A stretch of DNA of 64,000 nt from Longimicrobiales bacterium (GTDB lineage: Bacteria > Gemmatimonadota > Gemmatimonadetes > Longimicrobiales > Gaopeijiaceae). Within the stretch, counting starts at the first letter, position 1; each line of letters starts with the position of its first letter. A model generated the notes under the pieces. The model saw only the letters and a program-made list of their open reading frames with translations. It was not told the DNA's origin and ran no database searches. Where the stretch lies: contig OZ250165.1 of the NCBI GenBank assembly GCA_965238005.1, forward strand, positions 768,001 to 832,000, given 5' to 3'. This document shows, piece by piece, positions 9,942 through 20,655 of the stretch. The position numbers and the translations under genes were made by a program.

Positions 9942-10916
9942 ATGGAGACGCGGAAGCAGCAGTTCAACTCGGCGGTGAGCGATGCGATCGTTCACCTCCA
10001 GGGAAGCGAAGAGGCGCTCGCGCCATTCGGCTGGACGGGAGAAAAGGCCGGGTGGATCGCGTTCGTCTGCCTCCACAGCGGCGCGTTCACCCGCGTCCAG
10101 TGCGCGCGATTCCTCGATGCACACCCGGAACAGGTGCGGCGCGTCGTCCACGCGCTGATCGCGCAGGGCCTGGCCGCCGAGGACACCGTGCCCGGCATCC
10201 GGGGGATCGGCCGCGTGTGCCGCATCTTCTCGCGGCGGATCTACCGAGCGCTCGGAGCCGAGCACATCCGCCACCGCCACGACGCCTCTCCAGAGGTGCT
10301 CATGCGGCGCCTGCTCTCGCTCGACTACGTCATCGATCATCCCGGCCTGCCGTGGCTTGCCACCGAAGCCGAGAAGGTCGCCGCGTTCGAGGCCCTCGAC
10401 ATCCACCGGGGGCTGCTGCCCGTCAGGGTGTACCGGGGAGCCGCCAGCACCGCGCGGCGCTACTTCCCGGTCAAGCTGCCGGTCGCGCTGGACGCCGAGC
10501 GCGCCGTCTTCGTCTACGCCGATCCCGGCCACGATACCGCGACCGCGCTCCGCTCCTGGGGCGTGGCGCACCGCCAACTCTGGTACGCGCTCCGGAGACA
10601 AGGCAGGTCCGTTGAGGTCGTCGTCGCCGCGCGCACGCATCGGGAGATGGAGCGGGCGCGGCAGGTCATGCGAGGCTGGGCCAGGCCTTCCGGCCACGCC
10701 GAACCCGCCCCCGAGGTCCGTGAGGAACTCGACCGGATCGAGCGGGCCATTCTCGAGGGCGCGGTCCAGATCCTCGAAGAGTTCGGCGGCCTCCAGGCCG
10801 CCATGAAGCGCAGCGTCGCGCTCACGAAACAGGCACGGCGACAGGCCGTCCACGGATCGATCCGCCGGGGCAGCGTCTGGCGGACCGCGCGCCTCGCCGG
10901 GGCTCGCTACCGATGA
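9942..10916 (+). CDS. conserved ICE protein, possibly replication-relaxation-like; N-terminus borrowed from the HTH gene
   Basis: Clear paralogue of 61787-62722 (FGWT...VCLHSG.FTR, RRLLSLDYV, RRYFP.KLPVALD); first ~13 aa (KQQFNSAVS) match the start of the HTH-AlpA ORFs. Confidence 0.6.
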   Translation: METRKQQFNSAVSDAIVHLQGSEEALAPFGWTGEKAGWIAFVCLHSGAFTRVQCARFLDAHPEQVRRVVHALIAQGLAAEDTVPGIRGIGRVCRIFSRRIYRALGAEHIRHRHDASPEVLMRRLLSLDYVIDHPGLPWLATEAEKVAAFEALDIHRGLLPVRVYRGAASTARRYFPVKLPVALDAERAVFVYADPGHDTATALRSWGVAHRQLWYALRRQGRSVEVVVAARTHREMERARQVMRGWARPSGHAEPAPEVREELDRIERAILEGAVQILEEFGGLQAAMKRSVALTKQARRQAVHGSIRRGSVWRTARLAGARYR

Positions 10917-11352
10917 TCGGGGCGCGACTTACGGCCGGACTGGAGTGCGCAAACGACGTGGGGGTGCGATTCACACTTTGGCCCTCCGGCGATTCACAGG
11001 GGCCTTCCCGCGTATCCACTGGCGGGGCCGTGTCTTGCGCATCCGTGGCCCGGACGGCCGGCGCCGCGCGGGCCGCACCGGCCGTGGCGGGAGCGACCCA
11101 CCACCAGTCCGAGGGCCTGGTACGGGTTCGGGGCCGGGTGTGCTTGCGCACCCCCGCCCCCCACCCTCCTGGGGTCGCTCCCGAGCCAATTATCCCGTGC
11201 GGGAAGGCCTCCAAGCGCCGCGGCCAGCACGGCGGATCAACGGATCCCCCTCCGACAGCCGCCATCGCCCAGACGTATCGCTCAAAACGCAGCCCATTCC
11301 GCCAGACTCGGGACGCGCCTGTCCCAGGCGTCCCAAGACAGCCTTCCTGCAC

Positions 11353-11620
11353 AGGACTGATGGACGGGAGCGACCCGCAGCGGAGGGGAGGATGGGGATG
11401 CACATCGCCATCCTCCCCGATGCCGATCGAGGCATGCCGAGATGGGGGGTCGCTCCCATCCACGTCCAAGGAGCGCGGATCGGCATCCGCGCTTCGCTGG
11501 CCGTGGCGCAACCGAAAGCGCGCCAGCGACATGCGGAATCGGCGGCGTGCCCATCACAGGCGCGATTTCGTGTCCGGTCACCCCCAAAGTGCCCCGGACA
11601 CTCGCGGATCGGCATCGGCC
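11353..11620 (+). repeat. conserved multi-hairpin non-coding element (copy A)
   Basis: Reverse-complement homologue of 62738-63005; nested stems GGGAGCGACCC/GGGTCGCTCCC, GGGGAGGATGG/CCATCCTCCCC, GCGCGGAT/ATCCGCGC. Confidence 0.8.
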
Positions 11621-12155
11621 GGGCGGTTTCTGGCCCCCAAGACCGACTCCCAGCCGTCCTTGGAAGCACCGCGCCCGAAACCTCCAGGTCCATGGATCCG
11701 AACTTGGGAATCGGAGTGCACCGGCCCGGGGGGTCAACCCCTCGGACCTGCGCGAACGCCGCCCTTGAAGCCCGCTACTGGCCAGCAAGCCCCGCCGACG
11801 CGACGTTTCAAACGCGCAGATCGTGCAGTCCATCAATCGAGAGGAATCGAATGATGGCACGCACGAAACGAGTCCGGCGCAGCTACGGATACAATGTAGT
11901 AAATGACTTCTATACAACGAGTTACATATGATTATCCCGAAGCAATTACCTCATTAACTCCCTCGTTCCTAATTGGAATGCATTCGACCGTAGAAGATGT
12001 CCGTGGACCGTGAACGAGTTGTCGATCAACCTTGGAGTCCGGAAGGATGAGGCTCCAGTCGGGGAGGTACAGGATCAGGCACATTCATCGCGGGCGGCGC
12101 AAGTCTTTTCCTAATCCGTGGTCAGGTTGATCTCCTCAGGGTTGCACGTACTGCT

Positions 12156-12881
12156 TCAATAGCCCTCGTAGAGAATTGGCGATGCCATTCCTGGTTTTCT
12201 CATGCGATCGGGGATGCGTCTTCCCTTATAGATCGTCGAGACTGGTTCCTCGGCCTCACGACCACGAAACTCGTATCTCCCCGGCACCTCTTCCGATGCC
12301 TGCCAAGCATCGACGACGAATACACCTTGACATATGCCGTCTACCACGGCGAGGACATAGTCTGCTTTCTCCGCTCTTGCCCGATCGATCTTCCAGGCCC
12401 ACCGGACGGCATCGTAGAGTCTGCGTTCTTCGACGGTCTCACGCTTCACCTTGATTACAAGGAGCTTGTGCGTCGGGTCGAACTCGATCTCCGCCGCCCC
12501 GTACTGCTCTACCAACTGGTCAACATGGGCAGGACCGCGTTCATTGGACCCATGACCTGACACGACATTCGTCAAGCCCGGTGTGGCGTCTATCAATGCG
12601 GCTTCAACCTCAAGGGACGATTCTCCCGACATTCCATGGCGATGGATGACGTGAATCGGTTGAAGGTTGGCGGCCCTTATCCTCCTGATTACGTCAAGCC
12701 TGAGTGGCAACTCATTGCCGTCCATATCGTCATTGCTCTCGATCTCGGCCCGGACATGGGCAAACACCCGGTTACCTTGACCTCTGCCTATATAGAACGT
12801 CTTTCCGTTCCTGGGATCAATCAACCTGTAGACGTAATGACCGAGTTTCTTGCTTACTTCGTCGGTGAAGTTGTTTCTCAT
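12156..12881 (-). CDS. LEM-3-like GIY-YIG nuclease domain protein
   Basis: HYVYRLIDPR...FYIGRG.GNRVFAH...VEAALID...LTN. Confidence 0.85.
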   Translation of the reverse strand: MRNNFTDEVSKKLGHYVYRLIDPRNGKTFYIGRGQGNRVFAHVRAEIESNDDMDGNELPLRLDVIRRIRAANLQPIHVIHRHGMSGESSLEVEAALIDATPGLTNVVSGHGSNERGPAHVDQLVEQYGAAEIEFDPTHKLLVIKVKRETVEERRLYDAVRWAWKIDRARAEKADYVLAVVDGICQGVFVVDAWQASEEVPGRYEFRGREAEEPVSTIYKGRRIPDRMRKPGMASPILYEGY

Positions 12882-12969
12882 TCTACACAGCCAAGTTCCC
12901 GGGTGGGAGACCTTGATCGTTCCCCCGGCACCTTACTCTGATGAGACGGTATAAGGAGCGTCAGCTTCG

Positions 12970-13578
12970 TCACAGTTCTGTGGCACTAGGGTGTTCCGGC
13001 CAAAAGTAACACATCGGCGCAAGCCAGTAGCTTAGCGGATCCTGCTCCGACTTATGCCGTTGAACGGCGAGGTCTGTACGCCAACGCTTCTCGAAACCTT
13101 CCCTCGCGCAAACGGCAGCAACGGCGGCGTCACGCTCATCCTCGTTCTTCCAATCGGTACCAACTTTGAAGCATTTAGCAAAGGCCGATTCGTCGAGATT
13201 GAGGGCTCGTAGCAAAGCCTTGGGGTGCGATTCGGTAATCCTTGTGCAAGGGAAGGCTTGCCGGACCCGGAAGGCTAGCATCGCACCGCCTACGAGCGCT
13301 GCACCCCTCAGCGAGTTCGCCGACTGCACTGTCCCGGAAGGAATGCTGTAACCCTTTCGAATCCTTTCGTCCGCCTCTCGGCCGCCGCCCCCGCGTGTAG
13401 ACCACCACATCGGTGCGTCAATGCCTAAGCCGAGCGGCTTTCCCTTCGCGATTATTTTTTCGGCAGCTTTATCCACCGAGGAGACTGTAGTGCAACACAG
13501 CGCACCGGCCGCGTCAAGGAAAGCCAAACCGAACTTGTCCTTCCCGCCGGGATCGGCACCGACCCAGAATCCGCTCAT
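12970..13578 (-). CDS. DUF429 family (RNase H-fold) predicted nuclease
   Basis: VGADPGG, LGIDAP, R.AD, ITESHP, DERDAAVAA motifs. Confidence 0.75.
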   Translation of the reverse strand: MSGFWVGADPGGKDKFGLAFLDAAGALCCTTVSSVDKAAEKIIAKGKPLGLGIDAPMWWSTRGGGGREADERIRKGYSIPSGTVQSANSLRGAALVGGAMLAFRVRQAFPCTRITESHPKALLRALNLDESAFAKCFKVGTDWKNEDERDAAVAAVCAREGFEKRWRTDLAVQRHKSEQDPLSYWLAPMCYFWPEHPSATEL

Positions 13579-13818
13579 CGCTCTCAATCCAACGAAGCCG
13601 TATGCAACGTGCCACTGTCAATATTAAAGGATTGAAAGAAGTGGCGCACGGACAGGCTGGCGACGGGCTGATCCGGGCTACGCGACCGCACCTGGCAGAC
13701 GATACGGCGCTCTGCGAGGGAGGGTGTGCTTCCCCCATGGCGACTGGGACGGTCGTCCTTTCGCCAGGATGATGTTCTTTGTCATAGCTGTTCCTCCCGT
13801 CGTCGTGACTCACTCATG

Positions 13819-16800
13819 TTACGATAGTGGCACTGTGATGTGTTTGGGGTCTTCCGCCACCCAGCGCCAAGCTCTGCCACTGAGGATCCACCGGGTAGCG
13901 ACATGGGCGGGGTTCTCAATGGGTAGCACGTGGAAGGCATTGTCGGCCGTTTTCTCCACGACGTACAGATACCACGAACCCGCTGCTTGCCCGTCCGTCG
14001 CTTTGAATGCTTCGCGTACTTGCGCACGGCTCAACTCTACCACCTCGTCTTCATCCCAGGAACGTCCCTTGCCCTTCACCTCGATCAGTCGAACTGCGCT
14101 CGTCTTCGGATCGACGCTGCGGATATCCCAGCCGGTCTGACGAGGATCGCCAAGCTCCGGTTCGCGGTCAGCCTCTCTCTCGTATTGCGCCGCGGCCTCT
14201 CGGTACTCTTCATCACCCAGGTCCCCACGGGAGTCTTTGTTGGTAGTCCCGGGCTCATCCGTGCCGTCCTCTTCATGGCTTGGTGCAATCTCACCTTTCA
14301 GTGAACTCTTCAACTGCTCGACCAGGGAGTTTTGCTTCGCAAGAGCTCTGCCTTTGGGGTAGGAGTTGCCCGTGGGATCCGACGCTCCAGGTGTACGGGC
14401 AGGGGCGTCGACCGCCCCGGCGTCGGGGTGCCCCTCTCCCTGTGCCTCGGCCTGAGTCGTGTCGTCAGCTTCGCTCGGGTCGTCCTGCCCCATCGTTTGT
14501 TTCGTCATCCACACGAGACTGCCTTGCGCGTCCGTCGATTCATAACCGGGGACGTGGGACCGCGCGAACTTTTCCACCGACAAACGGAAATCCTCCTCGG
14601 TGCCGATAGCGGACAACATGCCGGTAAGGTCGGCAGCGAGGTTGGCACGTTGGCCGAAGGAGAATTCTCGTAGGAGTTCCTTGGCCGCGTCGGCACCAAA
14701 CTCTACCGGCCGACCCGCGACCGTGAGGGTACCCCGGTGCAAGCGGGCGTTCACGGGCACATGTTGGGCAGCATCGCTACCGACGCGAACGTCCACAGCA
14801 AGCTTACGAGCGGACACTAACGCTGGCGGCGCGCCAGTATCGCTGCCCGTTCCGTCGCTTTCCGCACGTTCGCTTTGCCGAACCCGTAGGAGAAGCCCGT
14901 GGATGATGTCGAACCGTGAGATCCAGTTGTCGTCAACGGCAGTTTCGTCTCCGACACGCCAATCCAGAGTGACCACCGATGACAGGAGCGGCACGCTAAT
15001 GGCATCCGCAGTGCGAAACTGCTCGTCCCGTGAACGGCCGAGGTGACCGGCTGTGACTATTCGCACCGGGACATGGCCGGGAAAGAACCTCTTATCCTCG
15101 ATGTCATCAAGATAGGTGCTGTCGGACTCCGCTAAAACGATCCATTCGCGTTCCGCAAAGACGATGGCGTCGGGAAAGGCCGCGGTCCATCGATCGTGCA
15201 GCGAGGTATCCTCTTCACAATCTTCTAGGCAGTAGGCATAGGCCATCGGGAGGACGTCGCGGACCTCGTTCGCTAGCCCTTCTGGTAACGACCGGGCGCG
15301 CTTCCAGATCTCGAGGATGTAGTCCAGTGATTGTTCACCTGTGGTCGTCTCCGGGAAGTCGCTGGGAAAATCGGGATGCTGAAGCTCCATCCGAAGTGTC
15401 TCGTTGATTCGATCAAGCGGCACAATCCAGCCGCCGAGCGCTCCCCGACGCCCTCCAACACGCTGAACGATCCGCTTGAGCGGAATACGGCGACCGTCGT
15501 CCGACGGCACTCTTAAGTCTTGTAGAGCCTGCTCCAAGAGACGCAAGTCAGCGTCCGTCATTACCTGTTCGCGGCAGTCCGAGATAAGTTGCGCAAGCTC
15601 CTCTGCTTCGATGTGAGTGCCTGTCGCCAAGAGTCTGCGGAGCGAAGTGGCTTCTGGTATCGCCGTGCCAAATTCCAATCCCTCCTGGTCCAATACCGAC
15701 AGGAGTTCGGGTAATAGTTGTGCAACCGGTGCGTCTTCTCGCACCGGATCGGGTGTTGGAAGTGCATCTTGCGGACACCTGAGTTTCTCGTCGTCGCAAG
15801 GCACCCACGCGAGCTCGGCCAGCTTGCTCGCCCAAGCACTCGGCCTGTTCCCCACGGATTCATACTTCGAGTAATAGAAATACGACGCCTTCCGCTTGCC
15901 CGTTTGCTTGAGGGCTCCCAAGCCGTCGTCTAGCCAAGTGGCCAAGGCTTTCCGGAGTTCTTCGGGTGCATCCGGATCGGGAAGACTCGGCTCGATATCG
16001 AAATCCAGAAGTAGATAGCCACTATCGTTCGATTCACTGATCATGGCGACGTCGCAGTCAAGGAATTCCGCAACGCGCTGATCCTCCACTCGCCAACACC
16101 GTTCCTCTAAGGGTTGTACTTGGAGCTTGCCCCGGGCGTGGGCCTTCTCGAAGAAAACACGCCACTCATAGGTACCGCCGCTCTTGGGGTCGTCTTCGAA
16201 ATAGACCGCGGCGATTGCGGGAGCCGCTGGAAATAACTGGCGACGGTCCTGGCCGTGCTCGACATATGGATTGGCTAGGAGTGCCTCGCTAGTCGGCACA
16301 CCTTGTAGGTCGCTCTCTGATTCCACGAGCACGTAGGTCAACAGTCCAGGACGATTCCGATGCTTCGCCCAATGCCCGAGTGGTAGGAGCACCGACCAGT
16401 CTGGATTGGCCGATGACCCTACTAGAGCGTTCACGGCATCCTTGACGATGTCCTGGAGACTGATGCCGTGGGCATGGTCCTCGACCCAGTCCCAAACTTG
16501 AGAGAGCCGCACACGTTCGGGCTCGTTCTGTCTCCCTTGGCGGAGGGCGGAAACCCATCCTTCGTCCAAACGGTTGGCGTCCTGAATGACGGATTGCATG
16601 AACTGGCGAGTCTCCCGACCGCCCGGCTCGTGTTCCGTGGGGAGCGGCTCGTTGAGGAATGTCGTCTCGCTCACCGACAACCACTGCCCGGTGACCGATC
16701 GGATGCAAGGAAGCTCGATGTCCGTCCACGCGTCGTCAGGGCCTAGGTCGGCGACAGCCGCCCAGATGTGGAAGAGCAGGTGCCGACGGATCTCATGGTT

Positions 16801-18321
16801 GTCAGGAAGTGTCTCCCACCAGTCCTCCAGACCTCCTTCCCACGCGTGCTCTAAGTCGCGCGGTAACATCTCAGTCCGAAGCTCAAGTCGCCCAAGAAGC
16901 TCTACCGCACCGCGTCCGAGCACATCATCCCTGAGCACGGACCCTTTCAGGAGAACCGCAGGTTGTAAGTCCGGTTGCGCCCTGAATGCCTTCGCGAGTG
17001 GGACGGGCGGAACGAGAGCATCCCTCGGCTTGGCGTATGCCAGCTTGCTGGTCCCCGCAGTCCAAACCGGAATCACCGTCGTGTCCTCAAAGCGGTCCCG
17101 TAATCGTGACAACCAATCGTCCTCTGCAAGGAGCGCTTCAAGGCCGCTTGCTTCGGTCGATGGCAATGCGAGTGCCTGGAAGGCTATCTTCGCAGCATGG
17201 GGCTCTACAAGCGTATCTGCGGACCATTCGAGGAACTGTGCCAATATTTCTACGATGCCATCCGCGATACCGCGTTGCCAGGGATTGTCCTCGAGCCCTC
17301 TAAGCCCGCTGCGTGAGAGGTCCAACAGCCAGTCGGCGTTGACGTGGAGGCCAAACGGCAACGTGACCTCCGTGGGCAAAGTGGCATAAACAGACCCTCT
17401 GTTCGGTGGCGCCGGTAGACCTTCGTTATCCAGGGGGAGCACTCCAAGAATCTGGCGCGGCCTGCCGGCGTCGGCATACACTTGATCGCGTTCATCCTTG
17501 GCAGGTCGAATTTTCCTGTGTTCGAGAAAACAGGCGATCGCTTGCTTAGAAGGTTGGAATTGCGTCGAAAATAGTTGCCACATCCGATTCTCTGCTTCCG
17601 ACAGCGCCGTCGCTTCAAGGCTCCCGCTATGTTCCCCGGTGACTCCCAATTCCCAAACACACCCGTTCACCTCAAGGCGCTTTAGGTTTGACGCTGCGAG
17701 GATGGCGAGGGGTGTGCGATCATTGTCGGGGAGGAAGCGCGCCAAGTCGGATTCGAGATCCGCTCGTTGGTTTGTTCGTCTGCTTAGTTCGAAACGGGTA
17801 GTGAATCCCGGTTCGGGCAGCGAGACCGCGCCATCCCATATCGGAACCACAGCCCCAAGCAGATCCGTCTGTACGTCTCCATATTCTTCGCCTCGGATCT
17901 GGGCGATTTCATAGCGGAATGTCCAACCCCAACCAGAGATTCGAGCTTCCTGAAACCGCATGAAGACGCTCTTGAAGCCGACGCCCATGAAGCCCACAGT
18001 GGAGGCACCCTTGGTCGATCGGAAAACCATCGAGAGTGCCTCGACATCTCCCTCGTCGAGTGCACGCGTTCCATCATGCTGAAAGATCAGGGCGTCGCCG
18101 TCATCAGAAATGTGAATCGCAATGGACCTCGCAGACGCATCGAGAGCATTCTGGATCAGTTCGAAAATGTAGACCCAACGGTGCTTGAAGGTCAGCTCGA
18201 GCGCGCGTAGCATGCCACGCCCTTGCGGCCTGTCATAGAACTCTCTATTCGTGTTGGCGAGCCCTGCGACGAACTCTCCTCGCTCTTTCCTAGCTGCGTC
18301 CACTCGGACTCCTGCCTGCAT
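13819..18321 (-). CDS. sacsin-like GHKL ATPase with C-terminal DUF3883/NOV-C nuclease domain
   Basis: ELIQNALDA, FQHDG, GFMGVGFKSVF, LPFGLHVNADW at N-terminus; GWDIRS...LIEVKG...WYLYVV at C-terminus; 1500 aa. Confidence 0.85.
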   Translation of the reverse strand: MQAGVRVDAARKERGEFVAGLANTNREFYDRPQGRGMLRALELTFKHRWVYIFELIQNALDASARSIAIHISDDGDALIFQHDGTRALDEGDVEALSMVFRSTKGASTVGFMGVGFKSVFMRFQEARISGWGWTFRYEIAQIRGEEYGDVQTDLLGAVVPIWDGAVSLPEPGFTTRFELSRRTNQRADLESDLARFLPDNDRTPLAILAASNLKRLEVNGCVWELGVTGEHSGSLEATALSEAENRMWQLFSTQFQPSKQAIACFLEHRKIRPAKDERDQVYADAGRPRQILGVLPLDNEGLPAPPNRGSVYATLPTEVTLPFGLHVNADWLLDLSRSGLRGLEDNPWQRGIADGIVEILAQFLEWSADTLVEPHAAKIAFQALALPSTEASGLEALLAEDDWLSRLRDRFEDTTVIPVWTAGTSKLAYAKPRDALVPPVPLAKAFRAQPDLQPAVLLKGSVLRDDVLGRGAVELLGRLELRTEMLPRDLEHAWEGGLEDWWETLPDNHEIRRHLLFHIWAAVADLGPDDAWTDIELPCIRSVTGQWLSVSETTFLNEPLPTEHEPGGRETRQFMQSVIQDANRLDEGWVSALRQGRQNEPERVRLSQVWDWVEDHAHGISLQDIVKDAVNALVGSSANPDWSVLLPLGHWAKHRNRPGLLTYVLVESESDLQGVPTSEALLANPYVEHGQDRRQLFPAAPAIAAVYFEDDPKSGGTYEWRVFFEKAHARGKLQVQPLEERCWRVEDQRVAEFLDCDVAMISESNDSGYLLLDFDIEPSLPDPDAPEELRKALATWLDDGLGALKQTGKRKASYFYYSKYESVGNRPSAWASKLAELAWVPCDDEKLRCPQDALPTPDPVREDAPVAQLLPELLSVLDQEGLEFGTAIPEATSLRRLLATGTHIEAEELAQLISDCREQVMTDADLRLLEQALQDLRVPSDDGRRIPLKRIVQRVGGRRGALGGWIVPLDRINETLRMELQHPDFPSDFPETTTGEQSLDYILEIWKRARSLPEGLANEVRDVLPMAYAYCLEDCEEDTSLHDRWTAAFPDAIVFAEREWIVLAESDSTYLDDIEDKRFFPGHVPVRIVTAGHLGRSRDEQFRTADAISVPLLSSVVTLDWRVGDETAVDDNWISRFDIIHGLLLRVRQSERAESDGTGSDTGAPPALVSARKLAVDVRVGSDAAQHVPVNARLHRGTLTVAGRPVEFGADAAKELLREFSFGQRANLAADLTGMLSAIGTEEDFRLSVEKFARSHVPGYESTDAQGSLVWMTKQTMGQDDPSEADDTTQAEAQGEGHPDAGAVDAPARTPGASDPTGNSYPKGRALAKQNSLVEQLKSSLKGEIAPSHEEDGTDEPGTTNKDSRGDLGDEEYREAAAQYEREADREPELGDPRQTGWDIRSVDPKTSAVRLIEVKGKGRSWDEDEVVELSRAQVREAFKATDGQAAGSWYLYVVEKTADNAFHVLPIENPAHVATRWILSGRAWRWVAEDPKHITVPLS

Positions 18322-18737
18322 GGCTTGCGTGGTCTGGTGGCGGTTATCTTACAGATCCTCGCTGTTCATGGCGAACGTCGAGCAGGAACGAACTCCATGC
18401 GCAGCGGCCATCGCGGATCGTGCGGGACAGCATTGGGCCGCTGGGTGGCCACGAATTACGCGGACCCCGCTACGCGTGCCACATGGCTCGACCAAGAGAT
18501 AGAGCGGGATCGGGAAGAAGTTGGGTCTTGCGAGGCTTAATCCGCAGACTCGCTGGCAGACCCGGCGCCCTGATTCGATCCACCCCACCTCCTCATCGGC
18601 TCCGTTTCCTTCTCGCGGGATGGTTGGACCGCCGCTCCGGAGCGACGCGGTCGCTGTTGCGGCTATCGCGACCGAGGCCCCCGGCTGGTTCAAGCGGTCC
18701 TCCAGAGCGTGGGTGGACGAGTTCGTTTAGTGCACGG

Positions 18738-18810
18738 GAGCCAGCCTACGCAATGTGAAACATTGCGGTCTGGCCAAGGGGACGCTGCGCCCCCCTTGCA
18801 CCCCCAACTT
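18738..18810 (-). other. oriT-like site (copy 1)
   Basis: GTAGGCTGGCTC on the minus strand next to hairpin CGCAATGT/ACATTGCG; homologous to 19095-19163 and 22103-22172; decayed mobC follows. Confidence 0.5.
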
Positions 18811-18897
18811 CCCGGGCCGCTGCCGGGGCAGCGAGCGGTGGGTGCCGCCGTCGCGAACCGCGTCGCCGGTGCGCTCCCCGCGGACCGCCTCACCGTC

Positions 18898-19030
18898 ATG
18901 GCGGCCGCACGCACGCCGCCTACGAGGTCGCGGCGACCGACGATGGCGCGGAGGCGAACGTGGACCGTGCCTGCACGCGCCATTGAGCGCGAGCGGAGCC
19001 GCCTGGCCAGGCTCCATCGGGCGCGACCGG
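18898..19030 (+). pseudogene. mobC: decayed mobC fragment
   Basis: RRTWTVPARAIERERSRLARL resembles RVRTWTVAHSEVERERTRELARL of 21817-22074. Confidence 0.5.
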
Positions 19031-19094
19031 ACACGGCTCGCACGATGGGCGAGCACGCACCCCGCAGCGGAGCGCGGGCGTCCTTCGGGATCGA

Positions 19095-19163
19095 AGGGGC
19101 GGAGCCCCTCGCCAGCCCCTGCCGGGGACGCGCGAAGCGTGGCCCCAAAGGGTATGCTGGCTC
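19095..19163 (+). other. oriT-like site (copy 2)
   Basis: Near-identical to 22103-22172; ends GGGTATGCTGGCTC, similar to the ColE1-type nic region GTATACTGGCTT. Confidence 0.55.
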
Positions 19164-19229
19164 TTGACCCTTAAGGGGTCATGAGCCAGCCGTGGATCGG
19201 CCTCGGCTCGCGCCTCAACGGCTCGCGCC

Positions 19230-20465
19230 TCAGCGGCTGGGACCGGCCTCCGGGTCTCGACGCTCGGTGGCCAGATACGCGGCCCAATCGGCCATCAAGA
19301 TGCGCCTGCGCTCGAACAGATCCGAGCGAGCGTAGGCGGCCTCCACCTTGTTGCGGACCACGTGCGCCAACGCCGCCTCCATGACCGCATGGGGGGTGTC
19401 CGTGCATTCGGCCGCCCAGTCCCGGAACGACGACCGGAAGCCGTGCGGCACGGCCGCGATCGCGTTCTCCCGGACCAGTTGGCGCAGCTGCGGGTCGGCG
19501 AGTGGCCTCCCGCCCTCCCGGGCGAAGACCAACCGAGCGGCGCCATTGGCCAGCGTCCGCGCCTCGTCGAGAATCTCCAGCGCCCGGCGGCACAGGGGCA
19601 CCCGGTGCTCGCGCTTCGTCTTCATGCGCATGGCGGGAACCGTCCACACGCCCTCCACCGCGTCGATCTCCGGCCACTCGGCCCGCCGCACCTCGCCCCA
19701 CCTCGCCGCCGTCAGCAACAGGAACTCGAAGGCCAGCTTTACGACCGGCAGGGCGTCCGAGGACTGCACTGTCCCGAGAGCCGCCGCTACTTCGCGATGC
19801 GGCAACGCCCTCATGTGCCGCACCACGCGGTGCTGCGGGCCGAGCACCGATTGTACCCGGTCGCACGGGTTGTCGGTGCGGTACTCCATCGCCACCGCCC
19901 ACTCCAGCACCGAGCGCATGCGCTGATGCACGGACCGGGCCATGGCCATCTTCGCGTGCCAGATCGGAGCGAGGACCTCCAGAACATCGGCGGCCGTGAC
20001 CTCCGAGACGGGCATCTTGCCGATGCGCGGGAAGGCATGGCGCCTCAGGCTCGTCATCCAGTTGTGGGCATGTCGTTGGTTGCGCCAACCGGACCGCTTC
20101 TGCTCCAGGACGCGCTCGGCGGCTTCGGCGAAGCTCGGCATGCCCCGGGCGCGCCGTCTCTCGGCGAGCGGATCGCCGCCCTCGCGGGCCAGCCTGCGGT
20201 TCGCCCGCGCTTTTTCGCGGGCATCGGCGAGCGGGACCAGTTGGGCGCTGCCGAGCCCGAAGTCGCGCCGCCGCCCGCGAATGACGAGCCGCTGGACCCA
20301 GCTTCGGGCTCCGCTCGGCTGGACGTAGAGGTAGAGCCCGTGGCCGTCGCAGTATCTTCCGGGAGGCGCCGCGCGCACGAATGCGGCCGAGAGCGCCTTG
20401 TGGGGGTGGCGGCCTTTCGGCTTCGTTTCCCGTGGCGGATTCGGGGATTGGGTTACGTCATCCAT
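19230..20465 (-). CDS. P4-like tyrosine integrase (paralogue of 4697-5926)
   Basis: Same motifs: DGHGLYL, LTAARWGE, HGFRSSFRDW, LAH, AY; start taken at ATG 20465. Confidence 0.95.
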   Translation of the reverse strand: MDDVTQSPNPPRETKPKGRHPHKALSAAFVRAAPPGRYCDGHGLYLYVQPSGARSWVQRLVIRGRRRDFGLGSAQLVPLADAREKARANRRLAREGGDPLAERRRARGMPSFAEAAERVLEQKRSGWRNQRHAHNWMTSLRRHAFPRIGKMPVSEVTAADVLEVLAPIWHAKMAMARSVHQRMRSVLEWAVAMEYRTDNPCDRVQSVLGPQHRVVRHMRALPHREVAAALGTVQSSDALPVVKLAFEFLLLTAARWGEVRRAEWPEIDAVEGVWTVPAMRMKTKREHRVPLCRRALEILDEARTLANGAARLVFAREGGRPLADPQLRQLVRENAIAAVPHGFRSSFRDWAAECTDTPHAVMEAALAHVVRNKVEAAYARSDLFERRRILMADWAAYLATERRDPEAGPSR

Positions 20466-20655
20466 TACTCCATAATATGGAGGATGAGGATGGATATCAA
20501 GGGACACCACGGGGAACACAGGGCGAGGATACATATGCATAACCCTATGTAATAACAACAGATACGAAACACCACCGGATGTCACGGGATTTCTATAGAC
20601 TCTTAGCAACTGTTGTCGGCGCAGCTATGGCGCCGGAGAATGGGGCCGGAACCGG

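Noticed and set aside
10913..11931. 313- and 328-aa ORFs over the hairpin element
   Set aside because: Low-complexity translations; the shared region is better explained as a non-coding structured element
19204..19238. 15-bp tandem repeat CGGCTCGCGCCTCA at the integrase 3' end
   Set aside because: Short slippage duplication with no evident function
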